A stretch of 64,000 bases of DNA from Eukaryota sp. TZLM1-RC (lineage: Eukaryota; Protista; Metamonada: BaSk clade): contig JAUPSS010000004.1 in NCBI GenBank assembly GCA_040285825.1, forward strand, positions 3,018,550 to 3,082,549. Direction: 5' to 3'. A program made the position numbers and the translations under genes. The notes under the pieces were generated by a model. It was given only the letters and a program-made list of their open reading frames with translations, did no database searches and was not told the origin of the DNA. Shown here one piece after another: positions 1-11,256 of this stretch (position 1 is its first letter; each line of letters begins with the position of its first letter).

Positions 1-159
1 AAAAAAAGCGGGATTCTTTTTCTTGGCCAAGCCAAGTCTAACATCAAAATCCAAGCTTTCAAAAATCTTTGACAATTTTTGTTGAAGCTTTTTACAGCAA
101 AACTGTAAATTAAATAGAGATCGGTTTGGAATTTCTTGAATTGATTGAGGAAAACATTT

Positions 160-305
160 TTTTTTCTAAAACTTTTTATTCAACAACAAATATGAAATAC
201 ACAATTAAAACTCCACATCCTCAAAACCTGCCTCCCCTACATCAAAACAATTAATCGCTAAAGATTCAGAAAATTTCCCAAAAGAAGATAGTGAATCAGA
301 AAATA
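160..305 (-). mobile_element. 146-bp 3' end of family B with A-tail, inserted in family A
   Basis: Matches the reverse complement of ~14830-14975; TSD GAAAACATTT at 150-159 and 306-315. Confidence 0.9.
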
Positions 306-373
306 GAAAACATTTGGTCCAAATTTGTGGCGGTAATTTTTCAAGTTCACAAGATAACTCATACAAATAGGGA

Positions 374-417
374 TTTTTGGTTTTGAAAATAAATTAAATG
401 AATGAAAACAAAAAAAA
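374..417 (+). mobile_element. 44-bp tail-only insertion (family C 3'UTR plus poly-A)
   Basis: TGGTTTTGAAAATAAATTAAA matches the family C 3'UTR at ~18677-18697; TSD ACAAATAGGGA at 363-373 and 418-428. Confidence 0.85.
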
Positions 418-2355
418 ACAAATAGGGACTACAATTGGGGACTAACAGATGAGAATCATCAGGAAATCTACGAGAAAATTCATAAATAAAATTTTTGCCA
501 CCACCCAAGAATGCTGATTGACACAAAATTGAAGATTTAGTAAAACCAATACCACCCAAATTTGCTGAAGAAAATAAATGGCTTTTCAACATTCCTGGTT
601 CTACATCCAATAAATCAGCAAAAAATTCTGTTCTCAATGAATTAAAAGAACGACAAAAATCTAATGCTATGGAAGGAGCACAAGATCTCAAAATGTGGGT
701 TATTCTCCCAGTGTAGCAAATTTTAAGCATGAAAAATTTAATATGCTTTTCTATATCTAAAGAAGAAATTGAATCAAGTTCAATTTTCATTTTTTCCAAA
801 ATAACTTGCAATTCATTCTGAATTTGAGGCACATTTCCTAACCAACAACCAAGGAACTTAAAAGCATCACTACTATAATTAGTAAAAGGGACAATAGAAT
901 CGTTTATCACGAGGTCTTGAGCAGAAGAGCCAATCAGAAGGCATTTGCTGGCATTAAGATGAAGCCCAATATTTTCATATGAATCGGCAATTTCTTGAGC
1001 AACCAATTCTAGTAAATCAAATGAACCAATCAAGGATATATCATCCATATAAGCAACTATTTTTATAGAAGGGTATTTTTGCTTAATGATATTTAAAGTT
1101 TTGTGAATAGCTAAACAAAACAATAATGGGCCTAAAGGATCTCCCTGCTTCACTCCAGAAGATGATTTAAGACCAAATGAATTAAAATTAAATCTGATTC
1201 TTTACCATAAAAATGGTAGAAAAAACTCGATAGCTCAGGAAAATCAGATTTAATAACTTCAAAAATTGCTTCTCGCTTTACAGAATTAAAAGCATTTTTA
1301 AAGTCGAGATTAAAAATAAAATTATTTTCCTCTGCATTAAAAAAGGTATCAGAGGCAATAGCAGCAACAGAAGCACCATCAATTGTTTTGATTCCAAATT
1401 GATGAGGATTCAAAAATGTAGAAGCTTTGTCTTTGACACGATCGAAGACAATTGATGCTAGCAAACGAGAAAGAGATTCACCAACAGCAATTGGGCGTAT
1501 TCCATCAGGTTTGATTCCGTTTCCAGGCTTTACTAAAGCAATCAGACGTGCTGCGAGTAATTCAAATGGAGGATTAATTTTCAAAACAATCAATTGTTGA
1601 AAGTAGTGGGCTAGATCATCAGCAATTTCGGGAGCACTGGAACACGCTATTTTTAACAGATCAAAAGAAATTCCAGATGGGCCTGCTGCTTTCCCCTTTG
1701 GCAATTTTTGAATAGCTTTAAGAACTTCAATTGCAGTAATAGGATTTTCAATCCAAAAAGGACACACTTCAGGCTTGCTGCACTTGAAATTTTCTTGAGG
1801 ATGCAACTTTTGAAGTTTTTCAAGGGTATCAGAGTTTGCATCAGCCAAAGAAGAGGAAAACAAAGACTGCTTTGCGGCACCATAACGACCACGTAAGCAC
1901 AATTTACGGCAAATTTTTGATTTTACAATTTTTCTATTTCCAAATTTTTTTCTTAAAACAATTTTTGTTTTTTCTAGCAAAATATTTCCAGAAGGATGAA
2001 ATATTCCACTTATTATTTTCAATTCAGAAGTAAAATTTCTCATTTCCATTGAGAAGGGGATTGTGCTGGCGGGACTTATTTCTACTGGGATCCGGATCGG
2101 GGGTCTTACGGTATCAACGGCTTTACAATTCGTACAAAACAGAAGTTTTCGACCATTTCGTGAATCTGCAACATCTTTTTTTGCAAAATGGACAACAAAA
2201 ATTACTGTTTTCAGAAGGGGAAGAAGAGGGAACACTAGAAGCATTTAACTGTTGATCGTCAGAAACATTATTTTCAGCACCTTTCACAACGGCAACAGCT
2301 GGAACAGAACATTTGAGAATTTGTTGAGCAGATTTTAATTCAAATTCTCTTTTTG

Positions 2356-3052
2356 TTTTAGGAATTGATTTGAAAATAGTAAAAACAATACGATTTAGCC
2401 ACAAGCGACGATCAAAACGCTTATTCATTCTTTTTTTCACAAGATTTTCAAAATCATCAATAAAATTCAAAGCAGTTTTTCCAAGACGACCATACAACGA
2501 TATAGCAAATGGGCAAATTTGGTAATCTACATGGCGAACATGTTTCAATTCTTTTAAAGGATTTGCATACTTTTTCCGTTTGTACAATTCGGAGTCATCA
2601 AGGGGGGATACTTCGGATTGAGCATTTTTCAAGGCATTTTTCTTGCATACATCCACTGTTACGACATCAACAACATTCATGACATCATCAAACGAGGGCA
2701 CAACAACATCAGCACGTCGTTTTCCATATTCTGAATCTCTTACGCTTTCATTTATATCAAGAGACCTCAACAAAGGTTCTACAAAAGATTCAATATGATA
2801 GGAATTACACATTGCATGGATTTGATCTCTGACTGCATCATGCAACGTAGAACGAAAATTTTGTTTTGAAAATTAATCCTCCATTTGAATTACTCGCAGC
2901 ACGTCTGATTGCTTTAGTAAAGCCTGGAAACGGAATCAAACCTGATGGAATACGCCCAATTGCTGTTGGTGAATCTCTTTCTCGTTTGCTAGCATCAATT
3001 GTCTTCGATCGTGTCAAAGACAAAGCTTCTACATTTTTGAATCCTCATCAAT
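2356..3052. mobile_element. Compound block: family C RLE fragment (-) joined to family A RT fragment (+)
   Basis: HDAVRD..EP..RAD..K.KY on the minus strand, then KINPPFELLAARL on plus; the same junction GCAACGTAGAACGAAAATTTTGTTTTG recurs at ~9047-9072. Confidence 0.88.
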
Positions 3053-5830
3053 TTTTTTTTAATTTAATTTTAATTTATTTTCAAAACCACAGTCTAAAAG
3101 TCAATATCTTCAAAACAAGCTTCCACACCATCAAACCTTACAGCAGCAATATTTTCATAATGTGCACTGACAGACATTAAAGCTTTCGAAATCATTTTAG
3201 GAATTGATTTGAAAATAATAAAAACAATACGATTTAGCCACAAGCGACGATCAAAACGCTTATTCATTCTTTTTTTCACAAGATTTTCAAAATCATCAAT
3301 AAAATTCAAAGCAGTTTTTCCAAGACGACCATACAACGATATAGCAAATGGGCAAATTTGGTAATCTACATGGCGAACATGCTTCAATTCTTTTAAAGGA
3401 TTTGCATACTTTTTCCGTTTGTACAATTCGGAGTCATCAAGGGGGGATACTTCGGATTGAGCATTTTTCAAGGCATTTTTCTTGCATACATCCACTGTTA
3501 CGACATCAACAACATTCATGACATCATCAAACGAGGGCACAACAACATCAGCACGTCGTTTTCCATATTCTGAATCTCTTACGCTTTCATTTATATCAAG
3601 AGACCTCAACAAAGGTTCAACAAAAGATTCAATATGATAGGAATTACACATTGCATGAATTTGATCTCTGACTGCATCATGCAACGTAGAACGATAGGAA
3701 ATATATCTATTACAATTAAATAAATGTGATAATGTCAAACCAGCTCCACATTTACAAAACAAATCATTGGGCAAATTACAAGGCCATAAATAACAACGCA
3801 TTCTCATAGCAGTGGTCCATTGGTCGTCATTCAAAAATAGACCATAAATCTGGGGAATTTGATTTATCAAAACTGCAGATGAACTGTCCTTCAAATCAAT
3901 CAAAATATTGGCAAAAGCAGGATTTTCTTTCTTATAATAAAATAAACTTAATTTAAAAAAAAATTCTTAGCCGTGCTAAGTCGAACAATAAAATCCTTGT
4001 TTTCAAAATTTTTCAAAAGATGTCGTTGGAGCTTTTTCAACGCAAATTTTAATGAATATAAACTTCTGTCTGGAATTTCTTGAATGGATATGGGGAAACA
4101 TGATTGCCATAAGTCGGGAGATAAACTGGATATTTCTTCTCTTAAGTTATCCAGGAATATGCTATTTGTATTTTCAAGAAGATTTTCGGCAAAGGATATC
4201 TTCTAGAGAATTCAAATACAAAATTTTTCCACCACCAATAAATGCAGCTTTGGTCAAATATTTTGATGAATTGAATCCAACACCGCCAAGTTGAACATCA
4301 GAAAAATATGATTTTTCAAAATTGATGGATCAACTTTTTTTTTTAAATTTAATTTTATTCTAAACCTATAAATCAACATCTAAAAAAATCCATCTCTCCC
4401 AAAACAAAAACACTAGATGCAACTCTCTCATAGTGAGATCCAAGAGAAAGCAAAGCATCAGAAACCATCTTCAACATCCCCTTAAAAATAGAAAACACAA
4501 TTCTATTTTGCCAAAACAATCTGTTGAAATTTCTGCCAGTTCTTCTCTTTACAATCATTTCAAAATCATCCAAAAACGTAAAGCAGTTGGTGCAAGTGAA
4601 CCAAAAAGGGAAAATACAAATGGATACAAATTGTATTTTGCATGCTGTAGACTGGCCAATTTGGACAAAGGTTCATTGTATTTTTTGAATTTAAAATTTT
4701 CAGCATTTGAAAGGGGATTATGAATTTCAGAATTAACAAGCCTTTCATTTGAGGCATTACAAGGATCAACAGACATTACATCCAATAAAATGAAGCTTCC
4801 ATCTAATCCAGGTAATATGACATCACCTCTATTATTCTTATGAAAATCATTTTCAGCATCAAACAGATTTGACAACAAAGGTTCCAAGAAGGATTCAATT
4901 CTATGAGATTTACACATACAATATAACTGGTCTCTTACAGCATCATGAACCTTGCTTCTAAAAGTAATAAAATGTTTACAATTTAACAAATGAGTAGTTG
5001 TAATTTCTCGAGAACATTTACAAATTAAATTATGAGGTAAATTATCAGGCCAGATAAAGGAACGAAATCTCATATTCAGAGTCCAAGCAGAATCGGATAA
5101 GAGAGTACCATAAACTTGTGGAATTGTTGTTACTAAGGCAGAAGAAGTACTGTCACACATTTCTTGTAAAAGATTTGCAAAAGCGGGATCTTTTTCTTGG
5201 CCAAGCCAAGTCTAACATCAAAATCCAAGTTTTCAAAAATCTTTGACAATTTTTGTTGAAGCTTTTTACAGCAAAACTGTAAATTAAATAGAGATCGGTT
5301 TGGAATTTCTTGAATTGATTGAGGAAAACATTTGGTCCAAATTTGTGGCGGTAATTTTTCAAGTTCACAAGATAACTCATACAAATAGGGACTACAATTG
5401 GGGACTAACAGATGAGAATCATCAGGAAATCTACGAGAAAATTCATAAATAAAATTTTGCCACCACCCAAGAATGCTGATTGACACAAAATTGAAGATTT
5501 AGTAAAACCAATACCACCCAAATTTGCTGAAGAAAATAAATGGCTTTTCAACATTCCTGTTGATGGATCAACAGACATTAAATAAGCCAAAAATTGGGTA
5601 CGTATTTTGTTAAATTGTCTACAAAAATTGTAAGTTAGGGATGGAGGTAATGATCGCAGTAAATGAGTAATTTTTCCAGCATAACAAATTTTCAAAAGAA
5701 AAAACTTAAGATGTTTTTCCAATTCAAGAGTCTTTATGACTTCTAGCTCTTTTTTAATTGAATTTAAATAATTTTCAAGGCTGTCAAGTGTCTTTTCGGC
5801 GGAACCTAAATAGCAACCCAGAAAGCAGAA
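3052..5830 (-). mobile_element. Family C 3' half with poly-A, interrupted by a family A insertion and a 29-bp tail insertion
   Basis: ORF 3094-3903 has CKC..HLFNC, HDAVRD and RRAD and ends EACFEDIDF*; T-run (poly-A) at 3052-3060; tail 3935-3963 flanked by TTCTTA. Confidence 0.88.
4335..5559 (-). mobile_element. Family A 5'-truncated insertion with 13-bp TSD
   Basis: TSD TTGATGGATCAAC at 4322-4334 and 5560-5572; poly-A at 4335-4344; RLE motifs. Confidence 0.92.
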
Positions 5831-5865
5831 ACTAGTTGAAGTATAATCAATATATGGAACTTCGA

Positions 5866-8800
5866 GGGAAAAATTTTGTATTTGAATTCTCTAGAAGATA
5901 TCCTTTTGCCGAAAATCTTCTTGAAACTACAAATAGCCTATTCCTCGATAACTTAAGAGAAGAAATATCCAGTTTATCTCCCGACTTATGGCAATCATGT
6001 TTCCCCATATCCATTCAAGAAATTCCAGGCAGAAGTTTGTATTCATTAAAATTTGCGTTGAAAAAGCTCCAACGACATCTTTTGAAAAAATTTGAAAGCA
6101 AGGATTATATTGTTCGACTTAGCACGGCTAAGAAACAAAATCCTGCTTTTGCAAATTTTTTGATTGATTTGAAGGACAGTTCATCTGCAGTTTTGATAAA
6201 TCAAATTCCCCAGATTTATCGTCTATTTTTGAATGACGACCAATGGACCACTGCTATGAGAATGCGTTGTTATTTATGGCCTTGTAATTTGCCCAATGAA
6301 AATCAGATTTAATAACTTCAAAAATTGCTTCTCTCTTTACAGAATTAAAAGCATTTTTAAAGTCGAGATTAAAAATAAAATTATTTTCCTCTGCATTAAA
6401 AAAGGTATCAGAGGCAATAGCAGCAACAGAAGCACCATCAATTGTTTTGATTCCAAATTGATGAGGATTCAAAAATGTAGAAGCTTTGTCTTTGACACGA
6501 TCGAAGACAATTGATGCCAGCAAACGAGAAAGAGATTCACCAACAGCAATTGGGCGTATTCCATCAGGTTTGATTCCATTTCCAGGCTTTACTAAAGCAA
6601 TCAGACGTGCAGCGAGTAATTCAAATGGAGGATTAATTTTCAAAACAATTAATTGTTGAAAATAATGGGCTAGATCATCAGCAATTTCGGGAGCACTGGA
6701 ACACGCTATTTTTAACAGATCAAAAGGAATTCCAGATGGGCCTGCTGCTTTCCCCTTTGGCAATTTTTGAATAGCTTTAAGAACTTCAATTGCAGTAATA
6801 GGATTTTCAATCCAAAAAGGACACACTTCAGGCTTGCTGCACTTGAAATTTTCTTGAGGATGCAACTTTTGAAGTTTTTCAAGGGTATCAGAGTTTGCAT
6901 CAGCCAAAGAAGAGGAAAACAAAGACTGCTTTGCGGCACCATAACGACCACGTAAGCACAATTTACGGCAAATTTTTGATTTTACAATTTTTCTATTTCC
7001 AAATTTTTTCTTAAAACAATTTTTGTTTTTTTCTAGCAAAATATTTCCAGAAGGATGAAATATTCCACTTATTATTTTTCAATTCAGAAGTAAAATTTCT
7101 CATTTCCATTGAGAAGGGGATTGTGATGGCGGGACTTATTTCTACTGGGATCCGGATCGGGGGTCTTACGGTATCAACGGCTTTACAATTCGTACAAAAC
7201 AGAAGTTTTCGACCATTTCGTGAATCTGCAACATCTTTTTTTGCAAAATGGACAACAAAAATTACTGTTTTCAGAAGGGGAAGAAGAGGGAACACTAGAA
7301 GCATTTAACTGTTGATCGTCAGAAACATTATTTTCAGCACCTTTCACAACGGCATCAGCTGGAACAGAACATTCGAGAATTTGTTGAGCAGATTTTAATT
7401 CAATTTCTCTTTTTTTGTTTCTCAGGGCATGGTCTCGAATTATGACCACTGAAACCACAAATCGAACATTTTTTTAGAACCTTTTTAATGGCAATGGTTT
7501 CATTTTTTTCAGTTATTTCTATTTTGTCAATTTGTGAGTTAAAAGTAGAAATAGATTTTTGACTTTTCCAGTTTCAGCTGGAGAAAACAAATTTCGAGAA
7601 ACGGAGTTGGTAATAGAACGCGCAACAGAACGTAAGGAACGTAATGGTGGTTTTTGTGTGTTGTTTCTGGTACAATGATCAGTTTTTGAATTGAAATTTT
7701 TTTTGTGAAAAATTTCGAGCATAGCTTGCATTGTGGGGAGAGTGGTTAAGTGAAGGAGATGAGCTTGTTCTGACTGGTAGAATCTTTGCTTGGGCGTTCC
7801 AATCAGTATCAGAGTCACTATCAGCCAAAGGCATTGTTTTGACAGAGAAACAGTACGACTTTGACGCCTTGACAGAAAGTGAAATATGAAAGGGTTGACT
7901 AAGGGAGGGAGAAAAAAAAAGAACATTTACAAATTAAATTATGAGGTAAATTATCAGGCCAGATAAAGGAACGAAATCTCATATTCAGAGTCCAAGCAGA
8001 ATCAGTTAAGAGAGTACCATAAACTTGGGGAATTGTTGTTACTAAGGCAGAAGAAGTACTGTCACACATATCTTGTAAAAGATTTGCAAAAGCGGGATTC
8101 TTTTTCTTGGCCAAGCCAAGTCTAACATCAAAATCCAAGCTTTTGTTGAACCACTTGTGCGAAGGTTGTCATCTGAAAATGAAGATGAAAATACTTTTGG
8201 GAAACGCCGTGCTGATTTAATTACCCCTGCGTCTGATGGTGTTATTAAAGTTGTTGATGTTGTTACTGTTGATGTTTGTAAAGACTCAGCAATTGATTTT
8301 GCTAAAAGAGACGAAACTCCACTTTGCTTTGCTGAAAGAGCAAAATCAAAAAGTACAATGAACCCTTATCGCAGCTAGGACGTATTGAGCATGTCAAGTA
8401 TCAGTTGGTTCCATTTGCTGTTTCTCTTTTTAATTTAATTTATTTTCAAAACCACAGTCTAAAAGTCAATATCTTCAAAACAAGCTTCCACACCATCAAA
8501 CCTCGCAACAGCAATTTCTTCGTAATGTGCACTGACAGACATCAAAGCTTTCGAAATCATTTTAGGAATTGATTTGAAAATAGTAAAAACAATACGATTT
8601 AGCCACAAGCGACGATCAAAACGCTTATTCATTCTTTTTTTCACAAGATTTTCAAAATCATCAATAAAATTCAAAGCAGTTTTTCCAAGCCGACCATACA
8701 ACGATATAGCAAATGGGCAAATTTGGTAATCTACATGGCGAACATGCTTCAATTCTTTTTAAAGGATTTGCATACTTTTTCCGTTTGTACAATTCGGAGT

Positions 8801-9058
8801 CATCAAGGGGGATACTTCGGATTGAGCATTTTTCAAGGCATTTTTCTTGCATACATCCACTGTTACGACATCAACAACATTCATGACATCATCAAACGAG
8901 GGCACAACAACATCAGCACGTCGTTTTCCATATTCTGAATCTCTTACGCTTTCATTTATATCAAGAGACCTCAACAAAGGTTCTACAAAAGATTCAATAT
9001 GATAGGAATTACACATTGCATGGATTTGATCTCTGACTGCATCATGCAACGTAGAACG
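5866..9058. mobile_element. Patchwork: C(+) 5866-6298, A(-) 5' half with natural 5' end 6296-7920, A(-) 7921-8142, D(+) 8138-8430, C(-) 3' end 8430-9058
   Basis: Direct sequence identity to the other family copies in the window; the A 5' end reads T9-CTCCCTCCCTTAGTCAACC on the minus strand from 7920. Boundaries are approximate. Confidence 0.85.
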
Positions 9059-9059
9059 A

Positions 9060-11256
9060 AAATTTTGTTTTGAAAATTAATCCTCCATTTGAATTACTCG
9101 CAGCACGTCTGATTGCTTTAGTAAAGCCTGGAAACGGAATCAAACCTGATGGAATACGCCCAATTGCTGTTGGTGAATCTCTTTCTCGTTTGCTAGCATC
9201 AATTGTCTTCGATCGTGTCAAAGACAAAGCTTCTACATTTTTGAATCCTCATCAATTTGGAATCAAAACAATTGATGGTGCTTCTGTTGCTGCTATTGCC
9301 TCTGATACCTTTTTTAATGCAGAGGAAAATAATTTTATTTTTAATCTCGACTTTAAAAATGCTTTTAATTCTGTAAAGCGAGAAGCAATTTTTGAAGTTA
9401 TTAAATCTGATTTTCCTGAGCTATCGAGTTTTTTCTACCATTTTTATGGGAAAGAATCAGATTTAATTTTTAATTCATTTGGTCTTAAATCATCTTCTGG
9501 AGTGAAGCAGGGAGATCCTTTAGGCCCATTATTGTTTTGTTTAGCTATTCACAAAACTTTAAATATCATTAAGCAAAAATACCCTTCTATAAAAATAGTT
9601 GCTTATATGGATGATATATCCTTGATTGGTTCATTTGATTTACTAGAATTGGTTGCTCAAGAAATTGCCGATTCATATGAAAATATTGGGCTTCATCTTA
9701 ATGCCAGCAAATGCCTTCTGATTGGCTCTTCTGCTCAAGACCTCGTGATAAACGATTCTATTGTCCCTTTTACTAATTATAGTAGTGATGCTTTTAAGTT
9801 CCTTGGTTGTTGGTTAGGAAATGTGCCTCAAATTCAGAATGAATTGCAAGTTATTTTGGAAAAAATGAAAATTGAACTTGATTCAATTTCTTCTTTAGAT
9901 ATAGAAAAGCATATTAAATTTTTCATGCTTAAAATTTGCTACACTGGGAGAATAACCCACATTTTGAGATCTTGTGCTCCTTCCATAGCATTAGATTTTT
10001 GTCGTTCTTTTAATTCATTGAGAACAGAATTTTTTGCTGATTTATTGGATGTAGAACCAGGAATGTTGAAAAGCCATTTATTTTCTTCAGCAAATTTGGG
10101 TGGTATTGGTTTTACTAAATCTTCAATTTTGTGTCAATCAGCATTCTTGGGTGGTGGCAAAAATTTTATTTATGAATTTTCTCGTAGATTTCCTGATGAT
10201 TCTCATCTGTTAGTCCCCAATTGTAGTCCCTATTTGTATGAGTTATCTTGTGAACTTGAAAAATTACCGCCACAAATTTGGACCAAATGTTTTCCTCAAT
10301 CAATTCAAGAAATTCCAAACCGATCTCTATTTAATTTACAGTTTTGCTGTAAAAAGCTTCAACGAAAATTGTCAAAGATTTTTGAAAGTTTGGATTTTGA
10401 TGTTAGACTTGGCTTGGCCAAGAAAAAGAATCCCGCTTTTGCAAATCTTTTACAAGATATGTGTGACAGTACTTCTTCTGCCTTAGTAACAACAATTCCA
10501 CAAGTTTATGGTACTCTCTTATCCGATTCTGCTTGGACTCTGAATATGAGATTTCGTTCTATCTGGCCTGATAATTTACCTCATAATTTAATTTGTAAAT
10601 GTTCTCGAGAAATTACAACTACTCATTTGTTAAATTGTAAACATTTTATTACTTTTAGAAGCAAGGTTCATGATGCTGTAAGAGACCAGTTATATTGTAT
10701 GTGTAAATCTCATAGAATTGAATCCTTCTTGGAACCTTTGTTGTCAAATCTGAGAATAATAGAGGTGATGTCATATTACCTGGATTAGATGGAAGCTTCA
10801 TTTTATTGGATGTAATGTCTGTTGATCCTTGTAATGCCTCAAATGAAAGGCTTGTTAATTCTGAAATTCATAATCCCCTTTCAAATGCTGAAAATTTTAA
10901 ATTCAAAAAATACAATGAACCTTTGTCCAAATTGGCCAGTCTACAGCATGCAAAATACAATTTGTATCCATTTGTATTTTCCCTTTTTGGTTCACTTGCA
11001 CCAACTGCTTTACGTTTTTTGGATGATTTTGAAATGATTGTAAAGAGAAGATCTGGCAGAAATTTCAACAGATTGTTTTGGCAAAATAGAATTGTGTTTT
11101 CTATTTTTAAGGGGATGTTGAAGATGGTTTCTGATGCTTTGCTTTCTCTTGGATCTCACTATGAGAGAGTTGCATCTAGTGTTTTTGTATTGGGAGAGAT
11201 GGATTTTTTAGATGTTGATTTATAGGTTTAGAATAAAATTAAATTTTTAAAAAAAA
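9060..11256 (+). mobile_element. Family A, 5'-truncated, RT plus RLE through to poly-A
   Basis: ORF 9070-10788 (572 aa RT) and ORF 10806-11225 ending GEMDFLDVDL*; short deletion/frameshift near 10750; AATAAA and A-tail. Confidence 0.93.

Larger units (their letters stand above)
1..2357 (-). mobile_element. CRE-like RLE non-LTR retrotransposon family A, 5'-truncated copy running off the window start, with two mini-insertions
   Basis: ORFs 1150-2244 and 359-1153 give CPFC..CTNC, KAAGPSG, RPIAVGE, LDFKNAFNSV, QGDPLGP and YMDD; frameshift in a homopolymer. Confidence 0.93.

Noticed and set aside
2123-2845. Novel fusion proteins at element junctions (also 15148-15390, 18586-19149, 19604-20197)
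   Set aside because: They are chance in-frame read-through across insertion junctions, with no evidence of selection.
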